Positions 25,990-40,328 are shown, numbered from the stretch's first letter. The stretch: DNA of 64,000 bases from Octopus vulgaris (GCA_951406725.2 OX597816.1:682001-746000); one strand, 5' to 3'. Numbers and translations: made by a program. The notes: generated by a model from the letters alone, not told the origin.

Positions 25990-27560
25990 ACTCACTCAAT
26001 GCACCTCAGGATTCCTGCACTGGTACCACTGCCTGAGCTGTCTAACCCTCCTGTAGAGGGATATCTCACTTAACACTTTAAACAGACACAGAGTTATGGC
26101 ATCGTTGGGACTTGACCCTGTTCTACTTGGATGAAATCTTGGGGTTGAAATCTCAGGCAGTTGCAAAGAATCATCATTAGGAACCCCAAGGGTGCCTACA
26201 CTTAAGTGGCCAAAATGCCAGTGTTGTCTGTATTAACAGCCTGAAAAACTGGAACAAGTTATTCAGTTTTGCGATGCTTGTTCTTGGGATCCTAATTGCA
26301 GGTGGGAGTTTGGTTCCTCCATGACATTGAGACTTAGATGCAATGTCACCTTCCACAGCGACCCTTCACCAGTTGGCATCTCTCCTCCCACCCTCTCTCT
26401 TTTCTCTCAGGCTGCCCCCAGTGCTGACATTGCACATGCAGGCCTCTTCCAAGTATACCAAAAGGCTCTGAATCCAGGTCAATCACAAACTAAGTGCACA
26501 TGCTGGCCTTACTTGATGCAGTGTTCAAATCCACACCAGATGTTTTGAATGTCCTCCATGTCAAGCATCCAGACTCTCCAGGAGATATCAGGGATTTCCA
26601 AATCTCTGATAGTGGCACAGCCTTGACTGTGTCCAGTGAATATGTGGCTATTGTCCTGGGATCCTTTCCTGTGAGTAGCAGTGGCAGAGTAGATGTCCTG
26701 CTACCCATCCACCTCAGAAATTTAATCTCGTCACACTCTGCCAAAGCAGGGGCACATTTGATCCAATTGATTACTCTCTTACTGAGAGTCTTCTTTGTGT
26801 GAACCTCCTCTGCCATGCCTGACATCTCTCCTCTGCTAACCAGACTGCACTGAAGAAAAAGTATGGAGGCATCCATTCGACAGTTTTTTGACAACTTTCA
26901 GCCAGGATAGCATGTAAATCAGCCAGGAATGGTCTGGGTATGGCACAAATCCTTGTCCTGCTGAGGATGGGAGTCAAGTGTGGCTATGAGGCTGCTGCTC
27001 ATATAGCCAAACACTACATGCAGCATACACCTCCCCCATCACCTTACTGAAGCCACAGCATTTGGTGGGACCACATCTTGGAGACGTGTCTAAGACATGC
27101 TTTCTCGTTACCCCCACTGGCATACCTCTCCTATGGACATCTAGCACACTGATGGTTGCTGAACACAGGATTGTTTCTTCCACAGATATCCAGCACACTT
27201 CTTTTTGCATTGGCTACTGATGATGTTACCTGATCACTTTACTCACCCTTCAATGTCTGGTACCTAGATGACACAAACTTGGATGGTTTGGTTGAGTCCA
27301 TAGTTGGAGACCTCCAGGAAGTCAATCCTAAAGCTCCTTGGGCTTGAGATCAACCTGTCCAAGTAAGAGGTGATAAACGTGAGCTGTGATGCAGTGAAAT
27401 TCTAGGACACTACTCAGCATCCAGCCCATCTTTACAGAAATTCAACTAAGGCTGAAGGGTGCCATCTGCATTTTTAGCACCCAATCTTCCTGAAAGCCGT
27501 AAGAAAGTGCCTAGAGACCAAACTTGCTGACTTGTTTAGGACATGCTCTAGCAGAATAAT
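25990..27560 (+). mobile_element. CRE-like (early-branching non-LTR) retrotransposon remnant
   Basis: Ordered motifs SFPVSSSGRVDVLLPIHLR, LKKKYGGI, GVKCGYEAAAH, WYLDD (27258-27272) and LGLEINLSK*E, with frameshifts and stops. Confidence 0.7.
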
Positions 27561-28389
27561 CTTCATAATGTCTTTGATTTTGTTTCATGGTTAAGATTAT
27601 TTACTTCCTGGAGTAAAAGATCAATAACACTGTGTAACACGATTGTTGACCTTGGGTATCAACTGTTATTTCCTATTTGCTTAGCCACTAAAAAGTATGA
27701 AAAATGGCTAAGATTTCCTTCACATGTTTCTTTTGTTACATTTATTCAAACCTCAAAGAATCCCTCCCAAGGCATGGCTATGATCCCTCCCACCTCCTCC
27801 TGCCCATCATTGGAGATGTACATATTATCAACCATTAAGGGCCATGGTCAAGCAACTGAGATGCAAATCTCTGGTATTGAGCAGAATATTTGCTGTATCA
27901 ATATTTCTGATTCAGCAACTCAGCACTGAATCTGTCTGGACTGTTATGGTAAAATGGTCAGTTTCCAAAAATTCCTGTCCAGGTCACAAAAGCAAAGCTT
28001 GAAAGAAATTGTAGTCCTTCCCTCTGCAGAGCATAAAACCTGCTGGGTATTGCAGGAGTCAGTAACTGAAAGACTTCAAGATGGCTGTGGATCAGATGTG
28101 AGCACCAGATGAGGTAATACTAATTGGACACAACATGGGACTTAATCAACCCTGGCTGGGTTGCCTGGATGGGGGTATTTAATTGTTCAAAGATATAAAG
28201 CATGTAATGACCCAAGGATGACGTGTCCAGATAAATTCACAGGAGAACATATAAAAAAACTGCTAGTATTTCAGTTATTGACCATATCCTCCTGCAATAG
28301 AACAGCTTTTAAAGCCAGCTTTGGAAAGTTACAATTCTATCAACAACTGAACAATTCCAGATAAAGTGTTGAGTCAAATATGGAATTCT

Positions 28390-31131
28390 TCATCATCATC
28401 ATCATCGTTTAGCGTCCGCTTTCCATGCTAGCATGGGTTGGACGGGTCAACTGGGGTCTGTGAAGCTGGAAGGCTTCGTCAGGCCCAGTCAGATCTGGCA
28501 GTGTTTCTACGGCTGGATGCCCTTCCTAATGCCAACCACTCCGCGAGTGTAGTGGGTGTTTTTACGTGCCACCTGCACAGGTGCCAGACAGAGCTGGCGA
28601 ACGGCCATGAACGGATGGTGCTTTTACGTGTCACCGGCACGGGGCCAGGCGATGCTGGCAACGGACACGAACGGATGGTGCTTTTACGTGCCACCGACAC
28701 GGGGCCAGACAGAGCTGGCAAACAGCCACGAACGGACGGTGCTTTTACGTGTCACCGGCACGGGCCAGCCGAGGCTGGCACGGACGCGAACGGATGGTGC
28801 TTTTATGTGCGTGACACGGTCCAGACAGAGCGGCAACGGGGCCACGAGCGGATGGTGCTTTACGGTCAACGGACACGAGGCTGGCACGGACACGAACGGA
28901 TGGTGCTTTTACGTGCCACCGACACGGGGCCAGACAGAGCTGGCAAACGGCCACGAACGGACGGTGCTTTTACGTGTCACCGGCACGGGGGCCAGCCGAG
29001 GCTGGCAACGGACGCGAACGGATGGTGCTTTTATGTGCCACCGACACGGTTGCCAGACAGAGCTGGCAAACGCCCACGAGCGGACGGTGCTTTTACGTGT
29101 CACCGGCACGGGGGCCAGCGAGGGGCAACGGACACAAACGGATGGTGCTTTACGTGCCACCGACACGGGGCCAGGAGCTGGCAATGGACACGAACGGATG
29201 GTGCTTTTACGTGCCACCGACACGGGGCCAGACAGAGCTGGCAAACAGCCACGAACGGATGGTGCTTTTACGTGTCACCGGCACGGGGCCAGGCGAGGCT
29301 GGCAACGAACACGAATGGATGGTGCTTTTACGTGCCACCGACACGGGGCCAGGCAGAGCTGTCAAACAGCCACGAGCGAATGGTGCTTTTACGTATCACC
29401 GGCACGGGTGCCAGACGAGGCTGACAGCGGACACGAACGGATGGGTCACTTAACCCCTGCTTTCTGATATATGATTTGATTTTGATTGTTCTCACTGGTT
29501 TTGCCGGGTCTTCTCACGCACAGCATACTTCCATAGGTCTCGGTCTCTGGTCATTTCCTTGGTGAGACCTAGAGTTCGAAGGTCGTGCTTCACCACCTCG
29601 ACCCAGGTTTTCCTGGGTCTACCTCTTCCACAGGTCCCCTCAACTGCCAGGGTGTGGCACTTTTTCACACACCTATCTTCATCCATTCTCACCACATGAC
29701 CATACCAGCGCAATCGTCTCTCTTGCACACAACATCTGATTCCTCTTAGGTCCAACTTTTCTCTCAAGGTACTTACACTCTGTCGACTATGAACACTGAC
29801 ATTACACATCCAACGGAGCATACTAGCTTCATTTCTCGCGAGCTTACGCATGTCCTCAGCAGTCACGGCCCATGTTTCACTGCCATGTAGCATGGCTGTT
29901 CGTACACATGCATCATACAGTCTGCCTTTTACTCTGAGCGAGAGGCCTTTAGTCACCAACAGAGGTAAGAACTCCCTAAACTTTGCCCAGGCTATTCTTA
30001 CTCTAGCAGTTACACTTTCAGCACACCCACCCCCACTACTGACTTGGTCACCAAGATAACGGAAGCTATCAACTACTTCTAGTTTTTCCCCTGGAAAGTG
30101 ACGGAAGTTGTTTTCTGCAGATTTTCAGAGGTTAATGCTCCCGAGCATCTGCCACATACAAAAACCATCTTCCTAGTTAGCCTTCCTTGACATTGCTGCA
30201 CCTCTTATGTGTCCATAGCTTACACTTGGTGCATCTTATAGAGTTTCTACCTACACCTTTTCTACAGATCGAGCAGGGCCATCTACCTGAAGGCGTTTGT
30301 GATTTGTCTACCTTCCTACTTATTAGGACTTTGGTTTTAGCTAGGTTGACTCTAAGGCCCTTCGATTCTAAACCATGCTTCCACACCTGAAACTTCTTCT
30401 CCAGTTCTGATAATGACTCAGCAATTAGAGCAAGGTCATCAGCATAGAGGAGCTCCCAGGGGCATCCTGTCTTGAATTCCTCCGTTATTGCCTGGAGGAC
30501 TATGATAAATAGGAGGGGGCTGAGGACTGAGCCTTGGTGGACCCCTACCTCTACCCGGAATTCTTCACTGTACTCGTTGCCAACCCTCACCTTACTAGCA
30601 GCGTCCCTGTACATGGCTTGCACAGCTCTCACTAACCATTCATCTATTCCTAGTTTCCTCATTGACCACCATATGAGGGATCGGGGGACCCTGTCGAAGG
30701 CTTTCTCCATGTCAACAAAAGCCAGGTACAGGGGCTTATCTTTGGCTAGGTATTTCTCCTGCAGCTGCCTTACCAGGAATATAGCATCAGTGGTACTTTT
30801 CCCTGGCACGAAACCAAACTGCATCTCATCTAAACTAACTCTCTCTCTAATTAGTTGGCTTATGACCCTCTCTGTAACCTTCATCACCTGATCCAACAGC
30901 TTGATACCTCTGTAATTATTTGTATCTAGGGCATTACCTTTACCTTTGTAGCAGTTGACTATTATGCTGCTACACCAGTCATTAGGTATGACTCCTTCAT
31001 GTATCACCTGATTAACTATACAGGTGACTAGGCTATAGCCGACACTACCAGATATTTTGAGCATCTCTGCAGTGATACCTGATGGGCCTGGGGCTTTCCC
31101 TGTCTTCATGCTTCTAATTGCCTTAGCTACT
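28390..31131 (-). mobile_element. RTE-clade LINE, youngest copy, 5'-truncated, with expanded 3'UTR array
   Basis: ORFs 30177..31109 (310 aa RT) and 29492..29959 (C-terminus) are nearly uninterrupted; (CAT)n tail at 28390. Confidence 0.97.
28555..29445. repeat. ~60-bp tandem array (~15 units) in the RTE 3'UTR
   Basis: Unit approximately CGGATGGTGCTTTTACGTG(C/T)CACCG(A/G)CACGGGGCCAG..GAG(G)CTGGCAA(A)CGG(C/A)CACGAA. Confidence 0.95.
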
Positions 31132-31500
31132 AAGCAATATAATTAATATAGCAATATAATTAAAATGCTATTTTCCAAAGCTTGCATTGAAATATTTCAC
31201 AGACATGCCTGCAAGTAATTCTGTAAATTTAGATTAACAAGAAAATTTATATAACTACAAATTTATTTTTAATTAGAAACTGTTTTATCATTATTGGATC
31301 CATGCACTGTTAATGATTTCCTGTAAAATATATTTTCATCACAGAATGAAATTTCCATGCTCTGCTTCCATCTCCTTACTTCCGTTAACAAGTTCAGCCA
31401 TATAAATATTAAATACATCTTAGGTTATTGTTTAACCCAAGGCCAATCCTAACTTAGCAGACTTACAATCAAAAGTGCCCCAACCATGCTCACCTCTCTT

Positions 31501-31895
31501 TACTCTTTTACTTGTTTCAGTCATTTGACTGCGGCCATGCTGGAGCACCACCTTTAGTCAATCAAATCGACCCCAGGACTTATTCTTTGTAAGCCTAGTA
31601 CTTATTCTATCGGGCTCTTTTGCCAAACCACTAAGTTACGGGGATGTAAACACACCAGCATCAGTTGTGAAGCAATGTTGTGGGGGACAAACAGACATAC
31701 AAACACACACACACATATATATACATATACATATATACAACAGGCTTCTTTCAGTTTCCGTCTACCAAATCCACTCACAAGGCTTTGGTTGGCCCGAGGC
31801 TATAGTAGAAGACACTTGCCCAAGGTGCCACGTAGTGGGACTGAACTTGGAACCATGTGGTTGGTAAGCAAGTGACTTGCCACACAGCCACTCCT
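31501..31895 (-). mobile_element. tRNA-derived SINE, main family, full length
   Basis: Same structure as 18821-19206. Confidence 0.9.
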
Positions 31896-31897
31896 CA

Positions 31898-32790
31898 TTT
31901 TTTTTTCCTGAATAGTGTATCTAGGCCTCCATTATTCAATGTGCCCTTCTTTTTGTGAAAATGGTAGGGAAATGTGTCTGGTATATCTATCAAGTTGAAA
32001 GACTAATGAGAGTAGTGTTTCCCAAGGGGACTGTAACACCCTTTTGGGGATATTATAGTGGTCGTGAGAATAAAAATGCTAAAAGTATTATTCCTATATT
32101 ACACACTATAAGAGTCAGGTGGTGTCTCCAACGGGGAGGGCAGGGATGTGTTTTTTTTCTTTCCACAAGATCAAGCAGACTTATCATAAAAAATGTTTAA
32201 ACCATGCCAATTTCTTCTTTTTTCCCCTCTTGGCCTTTTTTATTTGATGCGTCCTCCCTTTTGTGAAGATGATAGAGAAATGCGGCTGCTATTTCCATCA
32301 GGTTGAGAGACCATGTAAAGCAGTGTTTTCAAAGGAGAATATATATCCGACCTCACCCGTTTAGTGGGGTATAAAAATTGGTGGAAAGAATAGAAAAATG
32401 TTAAAAGTATTATTATTATAAGTGTAATGTGGTGTTTGGGTGGGAAGGCATGGATGGCTTTTACAAAAAGGAAGACCTATGATCAAAAGTATTCCAACCA
32501 TGCCAATCATGCTTTTTGTTTTGTTTTTTTCTGAAATAGCAAACCCAAGCCTAAATTATTCAATGTGTCCTTCCTTTTGCCATGATGATAATGAGATTTA
32601 GTTGCTATTTCCATTAGTTGTAAAGATCATGCAGAACAGTGTTCTGAAAAGAGAATAGACTCTTGGAGATATTCTAGAAAATTGGAGGAGGGGACTGGAA
32701 ATCAAAATTATTTCTGTTATATTACACATTATAAGTGTAATGTGGTGTTTGGGGTGGTAGGGCATGGATGGTTTTTACAAGATCAAAAGG
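31898..32790. repeat. Old tandem triplication of a ~300-bp unit
   Basis: Recurring blocks such as TTATTCAATGTG(C/T)CCTTC, TATAAG(A/T)GT..TGTGGTGT and AACCATGCCAAT at ~300-bp spacing. Confidence 0.7.
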
Positions 32791-33858
32791 CTAGGGTGTC
32801 ATTTCTTGTAGATTGAGCCAGCATGTAATGGCTTCTCTTATTGGTTCAACCAGCATTTAGCTTAAATGGTTGGTGAGTGTAGAGAAGGAAGGAAATCCAC
32901 TCAAAAATATGAATTAGTTGTATGTTAAGAGAAATTAATCAAAGTATTTTTTTTATTATTATTAAATTAATCAGAGAAAGTTAGAGCTGAGAGATTCATT
33001 GATTTGAGTGTTAAAACTCACAGGATGATTATCTGAGAGTCATGAACTGCTGAAAGGAATTACTAGAAATACTTTTTAACTTATCAGAATTATAATGATG
33101 AGAGGGAGAAGGGAGGAGAGGGAGGGAGGGCAAGCAAGAGAGAGAGACAAACCAAATGTAGTGATAAAGAAAATGTTAGCTGTCAGGACACTACATCCTT
33201 CAAAAATCCCATGCTTCCCAAAATTCACCAACATTATTCCTCCACCCTTTCATCTTTAGGACTCTTTTCATGTTCACTTTTATCTGTTTTTATGTTTTAT
33301 TCTGTCTACAGTAAACGTACTTCTAGTTTTCATTTCCATTTCCTTTCTTAAATGTTGGCTTTCTGTCATCTCTTTAACCTTTTCTGATCAGTTGTAACAC
33401 ACCTGAGCACTGCATGCACTAAAGATTATTATATACTAAAAAATGTAGTGAGATTAACCATAGGATTGTCGTAAGTCCTCATAAATCACTGTTTACGAAT
33501 CTGTTCAAACTGAATTTTTTAAAAAGCATAATTATAGTTTAGTCAAGAGTAAGGGGTATATCCATTACCTGGTAGGTTTGATGCAGTTGATGTTTAGTTT
33601 AGATATCTCTTGATGTTTACAAGAAGAAAACAGAGGCTTGAAGAGAAATCCACAGGGTTGATTTGGAGGGGTTTGATGGAGAGTAATGCTAGAGGTCAGT
33701 GCTGGACGTAGGGTATGAGATATAATAGTGGAGGAGGAAAAAATGTGTGCTGTGAAAGGAGGAGGATACTTGCTGGCTCTGTGAAGCAGAGGCCATTGTA
33801 GTAGCAGTAGAAAAGGTAGAATGACAAAACAGTTAATCTGTAAGCTACAAATTGAAAG

Positions 33859-34910
33859 TATTGGGTCATCCCACAAATAATGTGATTTTTTCAATTGCAT
33901 GAGCTAAAAGCCAGAGGGGGACAGGATAAACTACCTGCATAAACTTACTATAAAAGCTGGTAGTAATTTTACCTTGTCCTTATTCTTTGTGCAAGTTTTG
34001 ATTCCGAGCCAGAAACTACAGCCTTGAAGATGAGTCTCATCCTGGAAGATCTGTAGAGCTCAATGAAGACATCCTGCAAACCCCAGTGGAACAAAAGCCC
34101 ATCATAACTGTTGAGGAACTAGCAGAGAAGCTTGGATTTGGTCATTCAACCATCAGAGAAGTCAGCAAATTGGGTCAGTGGGTTCCTCACAGACTTTCTG
34201 AGTCTAATTGCATGCAAAGAGTAAACATGACCTTTTCTTTGCTGTCACATCTCACCAATGAACCTTTTTTTCCACTGAATAGTGACTGGTGATGAGAAAT
34301 GGGCTCTCTATAAAACTGTCAAGCACTGAAAACAGTGGGTAGGGAAAGGAGAGACACCAGTTCCCCAGGCTAAAGAAGGTCTTCACCCATGTAAGGTGTT
34401 GCTTTCTTTTTGGTGGGATATGAAAGGTTTAGTTCACCTTGAACTTTTAAATCCAAACAATAACAAAGGAGATCTACTGCAAGCAGCTTGAGTAGCTTAA
34501 GTCAGCACAAGAAGAAAAACGACCATATTTGGTTTGAAGATGAAAGGTGTTCTTCCATCAGGATAATACTCAGCCACATACGGCAAGGAAGAGATTCCAA
34601 AGGCTGGAGCAGTTTGAATGGGAAATGATGCCCCACCCACCATATTCACCAGACATTGCCCCATTTGATTATCATTCATTCCGTAGTCTTCAAAATCATT
34701 TGGACGAAAAAAATATGAATTCTGTAAACGAGGTCAGAACGGTACTGGAGGAGTATTTTTTGTCACAGACAAGTAAATTTTGGAAGAGGGGCCTTGCAAG
34801 TCTACCAGATAGGTGGAAGAGCATTGTAGGAAATGAAGGAGAGTATATGTTAGATTAAAAAAGAACTTTGTTTATCTAAATTTTGAAAAATAAAAGAAGT
34901 ATAAAAAAAC
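33859..34910 (+). mobile_element. mariner (D,D34D-type) transposon, pseudogenised
   Basis: WVPHRL, IVTGDEKW, HQDNTQPH and HPPYSPDIAPFDY motifs with stops and frameshifts. Left end TA-TTGGGTCATCCCA; the right TIR is not recognisable. Confidence 0.93.
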
Positions 34911-35235
34911 AACTGGCCGAAGTTGAAGTACTTTCTGACTCAAAGAGAAAGGCTAACCTTTAGAATGCTGTTATGGGTTATGTTGTGGCAAGATACATAT
35001 ATACAGCAATATATGTCCTTGTGTCAATGAAAGCATGAAGCTTAGGCTTTTAATTGTGTGTTAGATTAGAACAGATTAGATACAAAGTTATTTCTTCTAT
35101 ATATGCAGTGATATATTGTCTTTGTGTCAATGAGAGCAGTGGTCTAGGAGTTAGGGCATTAGATTTGTGATCACAAGGTCATGGATTCAATTTCTAAACA
35201 AGGCACTTCATTTCATATTGCTCCAGTCTACTCAG

Positions 35236-35426
35236 TACCGCCTGACTGGCCTTCATGCTGGTGGCACATAAAAGCACTCACTACACTCTCGGAGTGGTTT
35301 GCGTTAGGAAGGGCATCCAGCTGTAGAAACACTGCCAGATCAGACTGGGCCTGGTGCAGCCTCCTGGCTTCTCAGACTCCAGCCGAACTGTCCAACCCAT
35401 GCTAGTATGGAAAACGGACGTTAAAC
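35236..35426 (+). mobile_element. RTE 3'-end derivative whose tail is the giant (GAT)n
   Basis: GGAAGGGCATCCAGCTGTAGAAAC...CCATGCTAGTATGG...GGACGTTAAAC runs directly into GATGAT. Confidence 0.9.
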
Positions 35427-36369
<943 letters not shown>

Positions 36370-37170
36370 GAATGTGTGATCATCTGTATAGGAGAGAGTA
36401 CAGTTAGAGGTAAGCAAAAGTAGGTGATTAACATGCAGGCCAAAATGTTTGTGTGGGGAAACATAATAAAACCACAAGGCAACCAATGAGTTTGCATTCA
36501 AGAGAGTCCCATCAGTGCACACAGTGTTGGTATGGTTTAGCAGGAATTTTCTAGCCCAAGAGACAAGATAGGGATTCTACCCACAGTTGGCAGTTTTTAT
36601 ACCAGACACATGAAATGTTGTGCTGACATTGCTGAGAAAGAATTTCTCAAGAGTGAGAACCTGTTGATGAACGACAGAGAAAAGTAGATTCATTGCAGAT
36701 CTAAATCTGCAGAACTACTGATTCTCGAGAAAGCAAAGAGACTCAAAAGGTTGGAAAAGGCAATTACTATTGACTTGTTTTCATTATCTTTGAGATGTTG
36801 AAAAGTCAGAGTGATTGGTTGATAGTTGGATGTGGTCAGACAGGTTACTTTCCACGAAACATAGGACCTTATATAACATATTTCCAAAGACTAGGATAAA
36901 TTTTTGTAGGGAGGAGAGGGAGATAAACAGTAAAATTTGAAGAGGGCGGAGGATAAGTTCAGAGTGGACTGTTTGAAGGTGCTTTTCAAGAGACATTGTT
37001 AGGGCTGGAGGCTTTGTTTGTCTAAAGTGACCAAACATGTATTTGCATGTGTGTACATAGTGGTGGGACAGGCTGCATTCATGATCTCCATTATAACTGG
37101 TCTGATCAGCTATTGTTTTTACAAGAACGATGAGCATATTAATGAGTGGGACATGTTCAGCCATTAAACA
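36370..37170 (-). mobile_element. Ancient CR1/L2/Jockey-group RT remnant
   Basis: TSNYQPITLT (NYRPISL-like) followed by decayed downstream RT motifs. Confidence 0.5.
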
Positions 37171-37905
37171 GAAACAATGAGGCTATTAAGATGCAGAGAA
37201 TATAATGACTAGAATTCATAATTTCTCTTTTTCTTTAATATTTTCTGAAGCTTTTGTCATCGTCATTGTTGTCATCATCATCATGTTAATGCCCACTTTT
37301 TTATGACTTTCTACAGCCAGACTCCTTTCTTATTGCCAGCACTTGTTTCTGAGTGTTTCCCAAAGCTAGACATGCTTTCCATGGCAGATTGCAAATGAAT
37401 GACATCACTTTAATGATGGTGACATTTGTTTACAACCATCACATGATGTTAAACCAAAGGAGCACACAAACACTCATGTATATGTGCATATATATATATA
37501 TAGTCTGTTTTTGCATATGTGAATTATAGGGATATGTCGTATGTGGAGTCCCACTTGTAGAAAATAGAAATAAACAGTCTTGACTGCTATTTCTAATTTT
37601 TCGGTATGCAGCCAAGCAACCTGTTGCCTGCCCCATTTATTTATATACAATATATATACTGAACTTTACAGAAGTTCCTACCGTTAATCGGCTATATTTA
37701 CATACCGAATTCTACCAGTAAATAATTGTTGGTTTTTTTAAAAAACCATTATAGGAATTATTTACTCTTATTATTATTAGTAGTAGAAACACTGCCAGAT
37801 CTGACTGGCCTGGTGCAGCCTTCGGGCTCCCCAGACCCCAGTTGAACCGTCCAACCCATGCTAGCATGGAAAACGGACGCTAAATGAATGATGATGATGA
37901 TGATT

Positions 37906-37950
<45 letters not shown>

Positions 37951-37996
37951 ATATATGTATGTGTGTGTGTATGTATGTATATTTTTCATCATCATC

Positions 37997-38049
<53 letters not shown>

Positions 38050-38235
38050 TATATTCGCATACCTGGCAACCTTGGTTGCCCATCATGAAATATAAAAAGA
38101 ACTTTTTCCAGCTTATCTTCCGTCTCATTAAATCACCATTGTCCCTGAAAGTTGTTTTTTATATTTACTACAGATTGCTTGAAGCTAACTTCCTTCCTAC
38201 ACCTCAGTCCTTGGATTGTATATATATATATATAT

Positions 38236-38591
38236 GTGCTACCAGTGCCGGTGGCATGTAAGAGAACTTTCCGTTTCGCGACCGTTGCCAGCACCGCCCC
38301 GTTTCGTGTCCGTTGCCAGCCTCGCCTGGCCCTCGTGCCGGTGGCACATAAAAAGCACCATCCGTTCGTGGCCGTTTGCCAGCTCTGTCTGGCACCAGTG
38401 CGGGTGGCACGTAAAAAGCACCCACTACACTCACGGAGTGGTTGGCGTTAGGAAGGGCATCCAGCCGTAGAAACACTGCCAGATTTGACTGGGCCTGATG
38501 AAGCCTTCTGGCTTCACAGACCCCAGTAGAACCGTCCAACCCATGCTAGCATGGAAAACGGACGCTAAACGATGATGATGATGATGATGAT
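38236..38591 (+). mobile_element. RTE 3'UTR derivative
   Basis: Almost identical to 46440-46790; (GAT)n tail; (TA)n on the left flank. Confidence 0.92.
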
Positions 38592-39270
38592 ACCCAAGAA
38601 AAAAGCAACAAGAATGGATCAGTAGTTTAGTACAATTGTTTCATACTATAAACATTTTATTAAAGCTGCAAATATTACAGCAAATATAATGTCAAGTACT
38701 TTTCAGCTAAATTTCATATAGGTTTTCCAAACATCCTAGAGAGTGTAAATATCCTTATAAAGTTATAGAAGTGAGTTCCAGGAACTTGAAGTAAGATTCC
38801 AAGCAGACTATATATGTTTTCCAACAATACAAAGTTATTAAATTAATTATTGACATCTCAGAGATGAGTAGTTTTATGAGTAGATTTATCTTCTCTGAGA
38901 TGTCGATAATTAATTTAATAACTTTGTATTGTTGGAAAACATATATAGTCTGCTTGGAATCTTACTTCAAGTTCCTGGAACTCACATCTATAACTTTATA
39001 AGGATATTTACACTCTCTAAGATGTTTGGAAAACCTATATGAAATTTAGCTGAAAAGTACTTGACATTATATTTGCTGTAATATTTGCAGCTTTAATAAA
39101 ATGTTTATAGTATGAAACAATTGTACTAAACTACTGATCCATTCTTGTTGCTTATTTTTTGGTTATAATCACCCCACATAATTTTATGGTTATACCATAA
39201 AAAAATTCTGGTGCATCTAGGTTAAGTACCATATTCTTTTGAATGTAAATTGTTTTACTGAAATTATATG
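38592..39270. mobile_element. Long inverted-repeat element (~275-bp arms) with hammerhead-like motif, probably Penelope-derived
   Basis: Arms 38592-38867 and 38889-39164. UUUAG-CUGAAAA-GUAC...GUAU-GAAAC-AAUU-GUA-CUAAA at 39045-39130. Its 3' part resembles 61430-61540. Confidence 0.75.
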
Positions 39271-39296
39271 TATATATATAAACCCAGTGGTGAGAA

Positions 39297-39844
39297 AATA
39301 AACATCAGATTCAGGCAAACAGCTTTATATCATCCGCATATATTCACACCGTTGAACATAAATAAATACATATTAAAATAGCCGGGCATTCAACACACAA
39401 AACCCGAAGATATAAGAATATACATATATACATATATGAAAATATGTGAAAAACCTGTAAAGAACGATGTATATGAAAGCATATGAAGAAAATACATGAA
39501 GAAAATATAAATGAATATATAGTAAGGTGACTAAAAATATTTTTTATTCAACATTATTCTGGATCCCTTTTACATTTACTGTTTAAGTATGTTATTTAAA
39601 ATATTTTTAGTCACCTTACTATATATTCATTCATATTTTCTTCATGTATTTTCTTCATATGCTTTCATATACATCGTTCTTTACAGGTTTTTCACATATT
39701 TTCATATATGTACATATGTATATTCTTATATCTTCGGGTTTTGTGTGTTGAATGCCCAGCTATTTTAATATGTATTTATTTATGTTCGACGGTGTGAATA
39801 TATGTGAATCGTATAAAGCTGTTTGCCTGATTCTCATGTTTATT
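39297..39844. repeat. Long inverted repeat (~245-bp arms, ~55-bp spacer)
   Basis: 39297-39542 is the near-perfect reverse complement of 39599-39844. Confidence 0.92.
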
Positions 39845-40185
39845 GTAGTCAATTTGGCTAATGTGTCTGCCAGATCGGTAGGTGACTAGGTGACTGGTAG
39901 GTTTCCTGAAGTTAGTATTGCAAACCATAAGATCATTTGCATCGCAGAACTTCAGCAGCCTGGTTCTCTCCTAGTTACGGGAACCATAACTGTAGAATCC
40001 ATGTATGCCATGGAAGCCCCCTGTATGTTGTCCATCATGTCCATTGAAGTCACCAGCCACAAAGAGAAGGTCCCTGTCATTCGTCGACAAGGTAGTCTGC
40101 AAGAGGGTATCATAGAATCGGTCTTTCTGTCCATCGGGTAGCCCCAGTTGAGGGGCATAGGCCGATATAATGGTTGCTAACCAAT
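39845..40185 (-). mobile_element. RTE APE-endonuclease fragment
   Basis: ISAYAPQ.G...KDRFY..L...VAGDFNGH...G..G.HG...YGSRN...NTNFRK...QIDY. Confidence 0.88.
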
Positions 40186-40328
40186 GATATGTGTGCATGT
40201 ATGCATGCATGCATGCATGCATGTATGCATGTATGTATGTATGTATGTATGTATGTATGTATGCATGCATGTATGCATGCTTGTATGTATGTATGTATGT
40301 ACAATTTAAAAATAGGATAAAATCTTTA

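Noticed and set aside
28438-29467. Long ORFs and a CRISPR-like repeat appearance
   Set aside because: The intervening segments are near-identical rather than unique spacers, there are no cas genes, and the array lies in an RTE 3'UTR. The ORFs arise from stop-free repeats.
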